NCBI GenBank assembly: GCA_963664725.1
Contig: OY761558.1
Span: 25,938 to 89,937, forward strand
Length of the DNA: 64,000 bases
Direction of reading: 5' to 3'
From: Dehalococcoidia bacterium
GTDB taxonomy: Bacteria > Chloroflexota > Dehalococcoidia > Lucifugimonadales > UBA3495
Of the stretch, positions 46,038-56,028 are shown piece by piece (the first letter of the stretch is position 1; each line of letters begins with the position of its first letter). The notes below the pieces were generated by a model that saw nothing but the letters and a program-made list of their open reading frames with translations, had not been told where the DNA came from and did not search any database. A program made the position numbers and the translations under genes.

Positions 46038-47369
46038 CTACCTCAAGAAGCCTTCGTAGTTTCTCATCAGAAGCTGAGCTTCCAACTGCCTGAGAGTATC
46101 CAGCCCCACACCTACCATAATCAAAAGGCTGGTGCTGCTTAACTGGATGGCCTGAACGTTGGTTACCAGCGACGCCAGGTAGGGCACGATTGCGACGAAT
46201 CCCAGGAACAGGGCGCCACCGGTGGTTATGCGTATGATGACGTGGTTAAGGTATTCCTGGGTGGGCCGGCCCGGCCGGATCCCCAATACGAACCCGCCGT
46301 TGCGTTGCAGATTCTCCGCCAGGTTCTGTTGCTGAAACACCACCAGCGTATAGAAGAACGTGAATATCACCACCAGCACGAACACGAACACCCAGTAAAT
46401 CGCCGAAGTGGGATTAAACAGGTCGGCGAAGAACCTCGCCACGTCCCCCAGGACACCGGTGCTGGTTGCGAAATAGGTCGCTACCGTCCCGGGAAGGATC
46501 ACAATGGAAAAGGCGAAAATCAACGGTATCATGCCCGCGGAATTAATCCGCAGGGGAATGTAGGTCGCGCCGCTTTGCCGGTACATGCGCCCACCACGGA
46601 AGATGCTGCGCCCATATTGTACCGGTATCCGCCGGTGCGCTTCGTTAAACAGCACTATCAGGGCGATAATCAGCACGCCGATTATCACGAAGAACCCGAT
46701 GCCCAGCACATCCTGCCGGTCCAGGAATCCCTGGGTGATCAACCCGGGGAATCCGGCCACGATACCGGCGAAAATTATCAAGGAAATGCCATTGCCGATG
46801 CCCCGCTCGGTGATCATTTCGCCCAGCCACACCAGGAACATGGTGCCGGCGGTCATTGAGATAATTGCGGCCACAGTGGGCAACAACGCGGGTCCCGTGA
46901 AGCCCACGTTGGTCAGCACGTTACTCTGCTGCAGCAGGATTAACTGGCCAAAGCCCTGGGCTACAGCAATGGGCACCGTAAGCCAGTGGACAATCCGGTT
47001 TATCTTGACCCGGCCCGCCTCGCCTTCGCGGGAAAGCTGTTGCAGCGTCGGAATAACCGGCGTCAACAACTGCATCACGATGGACGCGGTAATATAGGGG
47101 AAAACGCCCAGGGCCACGATACTCATGCGACTCAGGGCGCCGCCGCTGAACAAGTCGAGAAAACCCAGAAGCTGGTTATTCTCGAAAAGGTCCTGGAGCT
47201 GGGCCGTATTGATTCCCGGAATGGGGATATGGGATACAAACCGGTAAAGGGCCAGGATTGCCAGGGTAAAGATAATCTTTGCCCTCAGGTCAGGCAGGCT
47301 GAATGCGTCGATGGCGGCCTGTATTAATCGGGGCCAGCGGCCCCCACCTTGTGTTTCCGCCGAAATCAT
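46038..47369 (-). CDS. secY: preprotein translocase subunit SecY
   Basis: 443 aa, 10-TM pattern. ..LRAKIIFTLAILALYRF.SHIPIPGI.., ..GEAGR.KIN...R..T.., ..YIPLR.N.AG.IP.IFA... Confidence 0.95.
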   Translation of the reverse strand: MISAETQGGGRWPRLIQAAIDAFSLPDLRAKIIFTLAILALYRFVSHIPIPGINTAQLQDLFENNQLLGFLDLFSGGALSRMSIVALGVFPYITASIVMQLLTPVIPTLQQLSREGEAGRVKINRIVHWLTVPIAVAQGFGQLILLQQSNVLTNVGFTGPALLPTVAAIISMTAGTMFLVWLGEMITERGIGNGISLIIFAGIVAGFPGLITQGFLDRQDVLGIGFFVIIGVLIIALIVLFNEAHRRIPVQYGRSIFRGGRMYRQSGATYIPLRINSAGMIPLIFAFSIVILPGTVATYFATSTGVLGDVARFFADLFNPTSAIYWVFVFVLVVIFTFFYTLVVFQQQNLAENLQRNGGFVLGIRPGRPTQEYLNHVIIRITTGGALFLGFVAIVPYLASLVTNVQAIQLSSTSLLIMVGVGLDTLRQLEAQLLMRNYEGFLR

Positions 47370-47373
47370 TTAG

Positions 47374-47817
47374 CTAGACTTCCTCCACAGCGCCGCCCGC
47401 AGCCTCGATCTTGGACCGGGCCGAACCCGTAAACTTGTTTGCTACAACAGTAAGCGACTTGCTCAACTCCCCATTTCCAAGAATCTTGATCGGGGAATTC
47501 AGGTTGGGCACCATTCCCTGGAGGTACATAGCCTCCGGGGTCACTCGGGCCCCGGCATCAAAGCCCTCCAGGTCCTCCAGTTTCACCAGGTAAAAGTGAG
47601 TCTTGAACTTGTTGTTGAATCCCCGCTTCATGGGAAGACCCTTGATCAAGGGCAACTGCCCGCCTTCAAAACCAGGCCTGATGCGGTAACCGGAACGTGA
47701 CTTCTGCCCCTTCATGCCGCGCCCCCCATAGCTGCCCTGGCCGGCTGCGTCGCCCCGGCCAACTCGCTTACGGTTCTTCCGTGCGCCGGGGGAAGGGATA
47801 ATCTGATGCTCCATCAT
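47374..47817 (-). CDS. rplO: 50S ribosomal protein L15
   Basis: Start trimmed to the ATG at 47815-47817 (AGGAG upstream). MMEHQIIPSPGARKNRKRVGRGDAAGQGSYGGRGMKGQKSRSG fits the L15 N-terminus. The upstream 33 codons of the track ORF have no family counterpart. Confidence 0.93.
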   Translation of the reverse strand: MMEHQIIPSPGARKNRKRVGRGDAAGQGSYGGRGMKGQKSRSGYRIRPGFEGGQLPLIKGLPMKRGFNNKFKTHFYLVKLEDLEGFDAGARVTPEAMYLQGMVPNLNSPIKILGNGELSKSLTVVANKFTGSARSKIEAAGGAVEEV

Positions 47818-47941
47818 GACGCTTGTGCTCCTGGATAATTCACCCCGGAGCCCTGGCCTGGCAACCGTCAGGCCGCTTCCGGGGTACAAATATTTTGTTC
47901 GTAAGTCCACTGGCAATGGATCAACACCAGTGCCTGGCCAA

Positions 47942-48130
47942 TTAGTCCTCGGGGATTTCCTCCACCTTAAGCAGGTGGGAGACCTTGTTCACCATGCCTC
48001 TTATAGTTGGCGTATCACCCAAGGTCACGGTGTGGTGCAGCCGCCGCAGTCCCAGCGCACGGACCACCCTCCGCTGGTTCTGGGGCTTGCCAATGTAACT
48101 CTTGGTCCACGTAATCTTAAGTTGGGCCAT
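47942..48130 (-). CDS. rpmD: 50S ribosomal protein L30
   Basis: 62 aa from the internal ATG at 48128-48130: MAQLKITWTKSYIGKPQNQRRVVRALGLRRLHHTVTLGDTPTIRGMVNKVSHLLKVEE. Confidence 0.93.
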   Translation of the reverse strand: MAQLKITWTKSYIGKPQNQRRVVRALGLRRLHHTVTLGDTPTIRGMVNKVSHLLKVEEIPED

Positions 48131-48152
48131 TCTTGCACCTGTCAATTGCCGA

Positions 48153-48686
48153 CTAGTCGGCCGCTTGATTACCCAGCCGGCGGGCAATTTCAACCTGGGG
48201 GTCGCGCAGTCGGCGCAGCGCCTCCAGGGTAGCTTGGACCGTATTGATGGGATTGCGAGATCCCAGGGACTTGCCCACCACGTCCCGCACTCCGCCCAAT
48301 TCCAGGATGGCGCGCATGGCCCCGGCGGCAATTATTCCCGTGCCTTCTGGCGCCGGTTTGATGACGACAATGGAAGCGCCAACCTTGACGGAAATCTCGT
48401 GAGGAATCGTGCTGCCCTTGATGGGGATCTTGACCATGTTTCGCCTGGCGATGGCGTTACCCTTCCTTACGGCATCGGGAATTACCAGGGCCTTGCCCAT
48501 GCCGGCTCCCACGTTGCCGTCGCTGTCGCCCACAACCACCAAAGCGTTGAAGCGGAGCCTGCGGCCACCCTTCACCACCTTGGCGATGCGACGGGTGTAG
48601 ACTACCCGCTCGGTGAACCCCGAAGGGTCCTCTTCTCGTTCCCGTGGCGGACGATTGGGACGCGGCCTGTTTCCTGTACTAACCAT
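48153..48686 (-). CDS. rpsE: 30S ribosomal protein S5
   Basis: Start trimmed to the ATG at 48684-48686, overlapping the rplR stop by 1 nt (TAATG). ..ERVVYTRRIAKVVKGGRRLRFNALVVVGD..G.VG.G.GKA..VP.A..K.., ..GTGIIAGGA.RA.LE..G..D... Confidence 0.93.
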   Translation of the reverse strand: MVSTGNRPRPNRPPREREEDPSGFTERVVYTRRIAKVVKGGRRLRFNALVVVGDSDGNVGAGMGKALVIPDAVRKGNAIARRNMVKIPIKGSTIPHEISVKVGASIVVIKPAPEGTGIIAAGAMRAILELGGVRDVVGKSLGSRNPINTVQATLEALRRLRDPQVEIARRLGNQAAD

Positions 48687-49054
48687 TAGAACTGGAGACC
48701 TCCCTCTCGTGCTGCTTCGGCCAGGGCCTTCACCCGGCCGTGGTACTTGTATCCGCCCCGGTCGAATACCACCCGGCTGATGCCCCGTTCCAGGGCCCGC
48801 TGGGCCAGCATCTGACCCACCGCCGTCGAAACCGCGGTCTTGGGCTGGATGGGGTTTCCGGCCTCCCGGTTGGCTTCCTGGCTGGAGGCGGCTACCAGCG
48901 TCCTGCCGTCGGTGTCGTCGATTATCTGGGCGTAGATGGAACGCAAGCTTCGGAAAACGCACAGCCTCGGCTGCTCCGGATTACCCGACACCTTCTTGCG
49001 AACCCGGCGGTGGCGGACATTTCTCAACTTGCGGGCGTCTCTGTCTCTGGGCAT
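48686..49054 (-). CDS. rplR: 50S ribosomal protein L18
   Basis: 122 aa. ..[19 protein letters not shown]...[11 protein letters not shown].., ..[25 protein letters not shown]. Confidence 0.97.
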   Translation of the reverse strand: MPRDRDARKLRNVRHRRVRKKVSGNPEQPRLCVFRSLRSIYAQIIDDTDGRTLVAASSQEANREAGNPIQPKTAVSTAVGQMLAQRALERGISRVVFDRGGYKYHGRVKALAEAAREGGLQF

Positions 49055-49096
49055 ATGATGAAAACTACTCCGACTGGATATTGAATAACTTAGTCA

Positions 49097-49687
49097 CTAG
49101 GCTTTGCGGGCTGCCGCCTTGCCGGGTTTGAAGTGCAGAACTTCGCCCTGGTACCGTATACCCTTTTCCTTGTAGGCGTTGGGCGGTCGCACCTTGCGAA
49201 TCTGCGCGGCCAGCTCCCCCACTTTCTGCTTGTCTATCCCCCGAACATGCACCCGGTTGTTGCCTTCCACTTCCAGGGTAACGCCCTCTCGGGGTTGAAT
49301 CTCCACAGGATGACTGTACCCTACGTTCAAGACTATGCCGTCCCCTGACTGTTGAACGCGATAACCCACGCCCATCAGCTCCAGAGTCTTGGTGTAACCA
49401 TCGGTTACGCCCACAACGGCATTGGCAATCAGGCTGCGGGTAAGGCCATGCAGAGAGTGATGGAATTTCCTTTCGGACTGCCGTTCAACCAAAACCTGGC
49501 CGTCTTCCAGCTTTACGATGACCTCAGGATGGTAGTTCTGGGTCAGGGTACCCCTCGGCCCCTTTACAGTCACGCCGCCGTATTGAATCTCGACCTCGAC
49601 ACCGTCGGGTACGGGAATCGGTTTGCGGCCAATTCGGGAAAGGGTGCGCCCCTCTGTGGCTTCTCGTTCCAGCGTGTTACCAGACAT
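49097..49687 (-). CDS. rplF: 50S ribosomal protein L6
   Basis: 196 aa. ..LSRIGRKPIPVPDGVEVEI....VTVKGPRG.L.. The ATG at 49687 overlaps the rpsH 3' end by 11 nt and adds about 16 N-terminal residues (MSGNTLEREATEGRT) beyond the usual MSRIG start. Confidence 0.93.
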   Translation of the reverse strand: MSGNTLEREATEGRTLSRIGRKPIPVPDGVEVEIQYGGVTVKGPRGTLTQNYHPEVIVKLEDGQVLVERQSERKFHHSLHGLTRSLIANAVVGVTDGYTKTLELMGVGYRVQQSGDGIVLNVGYSHPVEIQPREGVTLEVEGNNRVHVRGIDKQKVGELAAQIRKVRPPNAYKEKGIRYQGEVLHFKPGKAAARKA

Positions 49688-50075
49688 AACAGAGTAGTTC
49701 TCCTCCTATGCGGCGTCGCCAGGCCTGCCTGCCGGTCATGACGCCCTGGGACGTGGAAACAATGGCCACGCCCAGTCCACCATAAACCCGGGGTATCTCG
49801 CCCTTACCCACATAGACCCGGAGGCCGGGCTTGCTCACTCGCTTCAACCCGGTTATCACCGGTTCCCGTCCGGTGCGATAGGCCAGGTGAATCCGCATGG
49901 TGGGAAACTGGTGTCCCCGGGGCATGTCGAAATCCCTGATGTACCCCTGCTCCTTCAAAATTGTGGCAACCGATGCCTTCAGCTTTGAGTGGGGGACGAG
50001 CACGGACTCGTGGCGGGAATGAATCCCGTTCCGGATCCGAGTTAGCATGTCAGCGACTGGGTCAGTAACCGGCAT
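49677..50075 (-). CDS. rpsH: 30S ribosomal protein S8
   Basis: 132 aa. MPVTDPVADMLTRIRNG......V..P.SKLK..VA.IL.EQGYI..F. Confidence 0.97.
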   Translation of the reverse strand: MPVTDPVADMLTRIRNGIHSRHESVLVPHSKLKASVATILKEQGYIRDFDMPRGHQFPTMRIHLAYRTGREPVITGLKRVSKPGLRVYVGKGEIPRVYGGLGVAIVSTSQGVMTGRQAWRRRIGGELLCYVW

Positions 50076-50131
50076 AGTCCGTTAATCTCCTGAATTGAAG
50101 CAGTAAAATGAGAAAGGTCCCTGGCCGGCCG

Positions 50132-50317
50132 CTACCAACTGGCCTTTCGGATGCCCGGCAATTCCCCGGTCAGGGCCATTTGCCGGAAGCAAATCCGGCA
50201 GATGCCGAAGTACCTGATGTAGGCCCTGGGGCGCCCGCATCGGTGGCACCGGTTATATTTGCGCACGGGGTGCTTGGGCTCTCGCATCCACTTTTGAACC
50301 ATCGACTTCTTTGCCAA
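50132..50317 (-). CDS. rpsN: 30S ribosomal protein S14, type Z (zinc-binding, 61 aa)
   Basis: [60 protein letters not shown], with CxxC...CxxC. Confidence 0.97.
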   Translation of the reverse strand: MAKKSMVQKWMREPKHPVRKYNRCHRCGRPRAYIRYFGICRICFRQMALTGELPGIRKASW

Positions 50318-50351
50318 GGTATCTCCTAGGGTAACAGTTTAACGTCGGCGG

Positions 50352-51050
50352 TTAGTCGGCCCGCACGAACGGCATTCCAAACATTTCCAGTAGCCGGATC
50401 GACTCGGCATCGTTCTCCGCACTTGTAATAATGGTTACCTGCAGCCCCCGAAATCGGTCAATCTGGTTATAGTCAATTTCCGGGAAAATGATCTGCTCTC
50501 GCAGGCCAATGGAAAAGTTGCCCCGACCATCGAAGCCGCGCCTTGAAATCCCCCGGAAATCGCGAATACGGGGCAGGGCCGTGTTGATCAATCGGTCCAG
50601 GAAATGGTACATCCGCGCGCCCCGCAGGGTTACGCAGGTGCCAATCGGGTTTCCGGCCCGCAGCTTGAATCCCGCAATCGACTTCCGCGCCCGGGTGATG
50701 ATGGGCTTCTGACCGGTGATAGTGGTCAGATCCCGGGTGGCGGCTTCCATAGCCCGGCCATTGGTCAAAGCTTCACCCAATCCGATGTTCACCACGATCT
50801 TCTGGACCCTGGGAACACGCATGGTGTTTGTAAATCCGAATTCGGACATCATTGCCGGCACAATTTCGTTCCGGTAGGTATCCAGCAATCGCGGATACGG
50901 CGCCGTCGCAACCGCCGACGGTTCAGCTTCGGCCGTAGCCGCGCCACCCCCGCGCCGGGCTCGGGACTGCCGTTGCCGCCGGGGAGCCTCCTGGGCTTCC
51001 TCCGTTGCGTTCTCTTCTTGCGGTTGTTCCTGTTCGTTATCGAGCGTCAT
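50352..51050 (-). CDS. rplE: 50S ribosomal protein L5, with a roughly 50-aa low-complexity N-terminal extension
   Basis: The core from ..PRLLDTYRNEIVPAMMSEFGFTNTMRVPRVQKIVVNIGLGEA.. is canonical L5. The ORF start ATG at 51050 overlaps the rplX 3' end by 14 nt. An in-frame TTG (RLLDTY) would give a canonical-length protein but leave a roughly 145-nt gap. Confidence 0.9.
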   Translation of the reverse strand: MTLDNEQEQPQEENATEEAQEAPRRQRQSRARRGGGAATAEAEPSAVATAPYPRLLDTYRNEIVPAMMSEFGFTNTMRVPRVQKIVVNIGLGEALTNGRAMEAATRDLTTITGQKPIITRARKSIAGFKLRAGNPIGTCVTLRGARMYHFLDRLINTALPRIRDFRGISRRGFDGRGNFSIGLREQIIFPEIDYNQIDRFRGLQVTIITSAENDAESIRLLEMFGMPFVRAD

Positions 51051-51357
51051 CTAGCACTTCCTCGCACTTGGGGCAACCTCGTACCCGCTGACCCGTTTCC
51101 AGCGTTACCTTCTTTGGCCTGATGCCCTCGCCGCATTTATTGCAAATCAGCATCACGTTGGAAATGTGGATAGGCGCTTCCACCTGGATGCGACCTGCCT
51201 GCCGCAGTCCGGGGCGAGCCTTAATGTGACGGGTAATAATATTCACGCCGTCAACCACTACCCGATTCTGTGCAATAAGGCTGCGTTCCACCCTGCCGGT
51301 TTTGCCCTTTTCCTTGCCAGCGATAACGCGCACCTCGTCACCGGCCCTAATATTCAT
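51037..51357 (-). CDS. rplX: 50S ribosomal protein L24 (zinc-ribbon C-terminus)
   Basis: 106 aa. [23 protein letters not shown].., KOW motif. C-terminal CNKCG...CPKCEE resembles the Thermus-type L24 Cys4 ribbon. Confidence 0.95.
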   Translation of the reverse strand: MNIRAGDEVRVIAGKEKGKTGRVERSLIAQNRVVVDGVNIITRHIKARPGLRQAGRIQVEAPIHISNVMLICNKCGEGIRPKKVTLETGQRVRGCPKCEEVLDDAR

Positions 51358-51725
51358 CAGACAACCTCCGGCGCCAGGGACACAATTCGCATAAAGCCCC
51401 TGTCCCGCAACTCTCTCGCCACAGGGCCAAAGATTCGGGTCCCGCGGGGCATCAGGTTGTCCTGAATTATTACCGCGGCATTATCGTCAAATTTAATGTA
51501 GGTGCCGTCGGGGCGCAGCAGGGCCTGAGCCTGTCGCACCACCACTGCCTTGACTACCGTGCCCTTACGCACCGGCGAATTGGGAACGGCCTCTCTGACA
51601 GTGCAGACAATGATGTCGCCAACCCTCGCGTACTTGCGCTTGCTGGCCCCCGGGATATTTATCAGCCTGATTAATTTCGCGCCGCTGTTGTCAGCCACGT
51701 TCAGGCGGGTATATGTCTGAATCAT
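51357..51725 (-). CDS. rplN: 50S ribosomal protein L14
   Basis: 122 aa. [17 protein letters not shown].....I.......A.VGD.IV..V..A.P... 1-nt overlap with the rplX start (TGATG). Confidence 0.97.
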   Translation of the reverse strand: MIQTYTRLNVADNSGAKLIRLINIPGASKRKYARVGDIIVCTVREAVPNSPVRKGTVVKAVVVRQAQALLRPDGTYIKFDDNAAVIIQDNLMPRGTRIFGPVARELRDRGFMRIVSLAPEVV

Positions 51726-52102
51726 TCTTCGGAGTCCTCTTCTTCCCCGGCATCGTCGCCCGCCTCGGCCACCGGACTTTCATCCTCAACCTCGCCGGCG
51801 ATCTCCGCATCCAGGTCGGTTTCCAGCTCAATCGGCTGTACGTCCGCCACCTGTCGCCGCTGCATGATTTCCAGCAAACGCCAGTGTTTCATCTTGGAAA
51901 TAGGGCGGGTCTCCTGGATCCGAACCGTATCTCCCACTTTGCACTGGTTGAGTGGATCGTGAACGTAGAACCGGGTCACCCTTCTCATCTGTTTGCGGTA
52001 GACTCGGTGGCGCTGTTTCCAGACCATCTCCACTACGGCAGTTCGGTCCATGCTGGTACGGACCACGTGGCCCGTGCGAACCTTTCGCATTTCCTTTGAC
52101 AT
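51722..52102 (-). CDS. rpsQ: 30S ribosomal protein S17, with a roughly 40-aa acidic C-terminal tail
   Basis: 126 aa. Core ..[66 protein letters not shown].. followed by the tail ..[37 protein letters not shown] overlap with rplN. Confidence 0.95.
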   Translation of the reverse strand: MSKEMRKVRTGHVVRTSMDRTAVVEMVWKQRHRVYRKQMRRVTRFYVHDPLNQCKVGDTVRIQETRPISKMKHWRLLEIMQRRQVADVQPIELETDLDAEIAGEVEDESPVAEAGDDAGEEEDSEE

Positions 52103-52104
52103 AA

Positions 52105-52302
52105 TTAATTCACCGTAATGTTGCGCTCTCGCATGACTGTAAGCAAGCGGGCGATGTCTTTCCTGGTCCTTCGCGGTTCATTGGTATCCACCAACTGGTT
52201 AGTAGCCGCCCTGAATCGCAGGTTCATCAACTCCCGGTAAGTCTTGCTCAACTCCTCGGTCAATTGATCATTGGTCAGGGTACGAATCTCGTTAATTTCC
52301 AT
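52105..52302 (-). CDS. rpmC: 50S ribosomal protein L29
   Basis: 65 aa. ..IRTLTNDQLTEEL.....EL.NLRF..ATNQL.... Confidence 0.95.
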   Translation of the reverse strand: MEINEIRTLTNDQLTEELSKTYRELMNLRFRAATNQLVDTNEPRRTRKDIARLLTVMRERNITVN

Positions 52303-52323
52303 TGCTTTGGCAGTCCCCTAAGG

Positions 52324-52758
52324 CTAGCTGCTGCCCAGGCTGGCAGCAACCTGGTCGCGCTGTACCGTCTTCGTCGGGATGGGCAGCTTGTGTGAAGCCA
52401 GGCGTAGCGCTTCTACCGCCTGATCACCAGGAACGCCGCCTACCTCGAACAGGATGCGTCCGGGCTTCACCACGGCGACCCAGTGGTCGTTGGCAGCCTT
52501 GCCGCCGCCCATGCGGACTTCGGCCGGCTTCTTGCTGACGGGCTTGTCCGGAAACACGCGAATCCACACCTGTCCGCCCCGCTGCAGGGAGCGAGTGATG
52601 GCGACACGAGCAGACTCAATCTGACGGGCGGTAATCCATTCGGCGCCCATGGCCTTCAGTCCATACTCCCCGAAGTGGACGCTGTTGCCCGTGGTGGCCA
52701 TGCCCTTGCGGCGGCCTCGGCCCATCTTCCTGTACTTGGTTCGCTTAGGTTGCAACAT
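52324..52758 (-). CDS. rplP: 50S ribosomal protein L16
   Basis: Start trimmed to the ATG at 52758: [31 protein letters not shown]...[13 protein letters not shown]. Overlaps the rpsC 3' end by 14 nt. Confidence 0.95.
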   Translation of the reverse strand: MLQPKRTKYRKMGRGRRKGMATTGNSVHFGEYGLKAMGAEWITARQIESARVAITRSLQRGGQVWIRVFPDKPVSKKPAEVRMGGGKAANDHWVAVVKPGRILFEVGGVPGDQAVEALRLASHKLPIPTKTVQRDQVAASLGSS

Positions 52759-53527
52759 CGAAAGCCCCCCTAGTGGCCACGCCGTCAATCACGTCGTCGG
52801 CAATGGCTTCGGTCAAGTCTTCATCGTCGGGCCCAGATTCGACCCGGACTTCAATGGTTTCCAGTTCTTCGACAATTTCCGGGGGCGGCGGCAGAATTTC
52901 ACCCTTGTAAATCCAGACCTTGATGCCGATGCGCCCCATGGCCGTTGCCGCCTCAGCCAGCGCATAATCAATGTCAGCGCGCAGCGTATGCAGGGGTACC
53001 TGTCCCATCATCAGCTTTTCTGTTCGGGCAATTTCCGCGCCCGAAATGCGTCCCTTGGCGATGATCTTGATTCCCTGGGCTCCGGCCTGCATGGCCCTCT
53101 GGGCCGCCTGGCGCATGGCCCGTCGATATGCCACCCTGCGCTGCAACTGGTCCGCAATGTTGCGCCCCACCAGGTAGGGATCAAGTTCCGGTTGCTCGAT
53201 TTCTACGATGTTCAACTGGACCCGCCGGCGAGTTATACCTTCCAACTTGCTCCGCAGGTTCTTCACCCGTTCGCCGTCCCTGCCAATCAGAATGCCGGGA
53301 CGGGCCGAGTGGATGTTGATTACCGTGTCCTGGGCGCCCCGGTCAATTTCGACCTTGGCAATGCCTGCGTCGGAAAAACCCCGGTATTCGCCGTGGACGG
53401 TATTCCTGAGCTTGAGGTCTTCCAAGACCAGGGTGCGGTAGTTGGACGCGTTGTTAGCGTACCAATGAGTCTTCCAGTCCTTGATTATGCCCAGCCGAAA
53501 TCCGTATGGATGCGTCTTGTGGCCCAT
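52745..53527 (-). CDS. rpsC: 30S ribosomal protein S3, with an acidic C-terminal extension
   Basis: 260 aa. [24 protein letters not shown].., KH domain, ..GRI.GAEIAR.E.. Tail: ..[37 protein letters not shown]... Confidence 0.95.
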   Translation of the reverse strand: MGHKTHPYGFRLGIIKDWKTHWYANNASNYRTLVLEDLKLRNTVHGEYRGFSDAGIAKVEIDRGAQDTVINIHSARPGILIGRDGERVKNLRSKLEGITRRRVQLNIVEIEQPELDPYLVGRNIADQLQRRVAYRRAMRQAAQRAMQAGAQGIKIIAKGRISGAEIARTEKLMMGQVPLHTLRADIDYALAEAATAMGRIGIKVWIYKGEILPPPPEIVEELETIEVRVESGPDDEDLTEAIADDVIDGVATRGAFDVAT

Positions 53528-53530
53528 AGA

Positions 53531-53878
53531 CTAGGCCTCCTGCTCAACTTCGTCTACGACGACGGTAATGTGACTGGAACGCTTGGTAATCCGGCCGATA
53601 CGTCCCCGTGCCCTGGGCCGGAACCGCTTAATGGAGCGGGCGGGATCGGCGGTGATGCGCACGATCCGCAGGTTGTCCCTTTCCATAAACATATTGTTTT
53701 CGGCATTGGCGGCGGCGGAAGCCACCACCTTGTAAACCGTCTTGGCCCACGGCGACGGAAGAAGGCTCAGAGTATTCAAAGCGTCGTCAACTTCCCGTCC
53801 CCGTACCAGGTCCAGTATGGGCTTCAATCTTTTTTGGGAAGCCCCAATTTGCTTGGCTACTGCTTTAACCGGCGGCAT
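53531..53878 (-). CDS. rplV: 50S ribosomal protein L22
   Basis: 115 aa. ..A..IGASQKRLKPILDLVRGREVDDALNTLSLLP...AK.V.KV..SA.ANAE.N. Confidence 0.96.
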   Translation of the reverse strand: MPPVKAVAKQIGASQKRLKPILDLVRGREVDDALNTLSLLPSPWAKTVYKVVASAAANAENNMFMERDNLRIVRITADPARSIKRFRPRARGRIGRITKRSSHITVVVDEVEQEA

Positions 53879-53882
53879 ATAT

Positions 53883-54167
53883 TCACCTCACCCGACTGGT
53901 GCGCTCCGACCGGGAAACATGGCCCCGATAGGTGCGGGTGGGAGCAAATTCGCCTAGCCGATGGCCAACCATATTCTCCGTCACAAACACTGGTATATGG
54001 CGTCGCCCGTCGTGCACGCCCAACGTCAGCCCAACCATTTCAGGCATGATCATTGAAGCCCTGGACCAGGTGCGGATCACCGTAGCCGCGCCCGACCGCT
54101 GCACCGTGTTAACTTTTTTCATCAGTTTGGGGTGAACGTACGGCCCCTTTTTAATAGATCTGGACAT
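53883..54167 (-). CDS. rpsS: 30S ribosomal protein S19
   Basis: 94 aa. [11 protein letters not shown]...L.KKV.......[36 protein letters not shown]. Confidence 0.97.
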   Translation of the reverse strand: MSRSIKKGPYVHPKLMKKVNTVQRSGAATVIRTWSRASMIMPEMVGLTLGVHDGRRHIPVFVTENMVGHRLGEFAPTRTYRGHVSRSERTSRVR

Positions 54168-54170
54168 AGA

Positions 54171-55001
54171 TTACCGTCGCCTGCCGCGTATTACGAATTT
54201 TCCGCTTGTCTTCTTCTTCCGCCGGGTTTTGTAACCCAGGGTAGGCTTCCCCCAGGGAGTCTTGGGCCCAGGCATTCCGATCGGAGAACGGCCTTCGCCG
54301 CCGCCGTGGGGATGGTCAACCGGGTTCTTCGCCACGCCCCTGACCTTGGGCCTGCGACCCAGGTGCCGTTTGGCCCCGGCCTTGCCCAGGCTTTCGTTCT
54401 TGTGGTCCGGGTTGGAAAGCTGCCCGACGGTAGCCCGGCAATTTAGCAGCACCCGCCGCATCTCGCCCGACGGCAACCGGATCAGAACGTATTCACCCTC
54501 CCGAGACAACACCTGGGCACCGACGCCAGCGCTGCGGACCAATTGTCCGCCCCGGCCCGGCGTCATCTCCAGGTTATGCACTACCGTACCGGTGGGGATG
54601 TTTCGCAGGGGAAGGCAGTTGCCAGGGTTTATTTCCGCGCTGGGACCGGACTCAATCCAGTTGTCTACCTCAAGCCCAATGGGCGCCAGAATGTAACTCT
54701 TCTCCCCGTCTGCATAGTAAATCAGGGCGATTCGGGTGGTGCGATTCGGGTCGTACTCGATGGAAACCACCCGACCCGGCACACCGTCCTTGCGCCGCTT
54801 GAAATCTACGACCCGGTACATGCGCCGGCTGCCGCCGCCCCGAGCCCGGGTAGTGATGCGGCCCCGGTTGTTGCGACCGGCATGCTTGGCCAGCGGAGTC
54901 AACAACGACTTCTCAGGCTTCTTCCGGGTTATCTCCTCAAAAGACGGCCTGACCGCATTGCGCGTCCCTGGCGTAATTGGCTTGAGATTCTTCAGTGGCA
55001 T
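54171..55001 (-). CDS. rplB: 50S ribosomal protein L2
   Basis: 276 aa. ..GRNN.GRIT.R.RGGG..R.YR..DFKR.., ..GN..PL..IP.GT.VHN.E..PG.GGQL.RSAG.., ..HPHGGGEG.... Confidence 0.97.
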   Translation of the reverse strand: MPLKNLKPITPGTRNAVRPSFEEITRKKPEKSLLTPLAKHAGRNNRGRITTRARGGGSRRMYRVVDFKRRKDGVPGRVVSIEYDPNRTTRIALIYYADGEKSYILAPIGLEVDNWIESGPSAEINPGNCLPLRNIPTGTVVHNLEMTPGRGGQLVRSAGVGAQVLSREGEYVLIRLPSGEMRRVLLNCRATVGQLSNPDHKNESLGKAGAKRHLGRRPKVRGVAKNPVDHPHGGGEGRSPIGMPGPKTPWGKPTLGYKTRRKKKTSGKFVIRGRRR

Positions 55002-55033
55002 GACAATTACCTTCGCCGTTGGGTTAGTGCTTC

Positions 55034-55318
55034 CTAAAGCCCTTCAATCAGGTTGATTCGGTCCCCGGGCTTCAGCGTAACCATGGCCTTCTTCGTGTCG
55101 GGCATCTTCTTGAATCTGGGCCCGTACCGCTTTCGCTTTCCGCGAAGCATGGTGATGTTTACGTCGGTCACCTTAACGTTGAAGTTCTTCTCCACCGCTT
55201 CCTTGACTAGCCCTTTATTGGCATCCAGGGCAACCTCAAAGGTGTACCGTCCGGACTCCTGCAGCAGGGTGCTCTTTTCCGTAATGGTAGGCTTCAACAA
55301 GACCTGGTAGATGTTCAT
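55034..55318 (-). CDS. rplW: 50S ribosomal protein L23
   Basis: 94 aa. ..[19 protein letters not shown]...ANK..VKEAVEK.F.VKV..VN.... Confidence 0.96.
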   Translation of the reverse strand: MNIYQVLLKPTITEKSTLLQESGRYTFEVALDANKGLVKEAVEKNFNVKVTDVNITMLRGKRKRYGPRFKKMPDTKKAMVTLKPGDRINLIEGL

Positions 55319-55996
55319 TTAAGCCTCCTCATCACCGTTGCCGGCTCGAACCGCAGCGGGGCGGCGGTCAGGCGTACCCGACCAAAGGGCTCCTCCCTTC
55401 TCCAGCGCCCCCCTTGTAATCAAAACCGTACTGCGTCGCAACAACTCGTGGGCGTTCAGCTGGTTTACCGGCAGCGTCCAAACCTGCTTCAGGTTATGCC
55501 CAGACCGCACCACGTCGGTGTTCGAGTCCTCAGTAACTACCAGCACCGAACTCGAAATCGCCAGCGCGCCCAGAAGCGAAACCATCGACCTGGTCTTCCC
55601 ATCGAGGGTATCCAGGCTGTCCACGCACACCAAGGTTCCCTGCCTCACCTTTTCAGATATGGCACATTTCAGCGCAAGTCGCCGCATCCGTTTAGGCATG
55701 TCTTGCCGGTAGTCCCGTGGATGAGGGCCGAAGACTACGCCGCCGTGCCTCCACTGGGGAGACCGAATGCTGCCCTGCCTGGCCCGACCCGTGTGTTTCT
55801 GTATCCAGGGCTTTCGACCGCCGCCGGACACTTCGCCCCGAGTCTTGGTGTCGTGAGTCCCCTGCCGCTTGTTAGCCTGGTAGGAAACCACCAACTGGTG
55901 CACCAGGGCATGATTCATGGGCACATCGAATATCGCATCGTCAACTTCGATTGTCCCGGCTGCCTGCCCTCTCTGATTTACAACGGGGATTTCCAT
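55319..55996 (-). CDS. rplD: 50S ribosomal protein L4
   Basis: 225 aa. ..H.LV......QANKRQGTHDTKTRGEVSGGGRKPW.QK.TGRARQGSIRSPQWRHGGVVFGP.PR.Y. Confidence 0.96.
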   Translation of the reverse strand: MEIPVVNQRGQAAGTIEVDDAIFDVPMNHALVHQLVVSYQANKRQGTHDTKTRGEVSGGGRKPWIQKHTGRARQGSIRSPQWRHGGVVFGPHPRDYRQDMPKRMRRLALKCAISEKVRQGTLVCVDSLDTLDGKTRSMVSLLGALAISSSVLVVTEDSNTDVVRSGHNLKQVWTLPVNQLNAHELLRRSTVLITRGALEKGGALWSGTPDRRPAAVRAGNGDEEA

Positions 55997-56028
55997 TTCT
56001 GAATCCTTAGAAAGAACTGCCTTGAGAA

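Noticed and set aside
47818-47916. N-terminal extensions of track ORFs for L15. The same applies to L16, L3, S7, S5, L30, the VOC, DLH, LLM, ACAD and PGM genes, and the 14829-16934 ORF.
   Set aside because: The track uses the most upstream ATG/GTG/TTG. In each case an internal start has a proper Shine-Dalgarno sequence and reproduces the conserved family N-terminus. The extension is therefore treated as non-coding.
52649-54049. 466-aa plus-strand ORF, and similar antisense ORFs at 24026-25399, 25237-26706, 26426-27547, 27566-28570, 35508-36623 and 22660-23763
   Set aside because: Each is opposite a gene with strong family signatures (ribosomal proteins, ACADs, ETF, MetK, LLM). None has an RBS or recognisable motifs.
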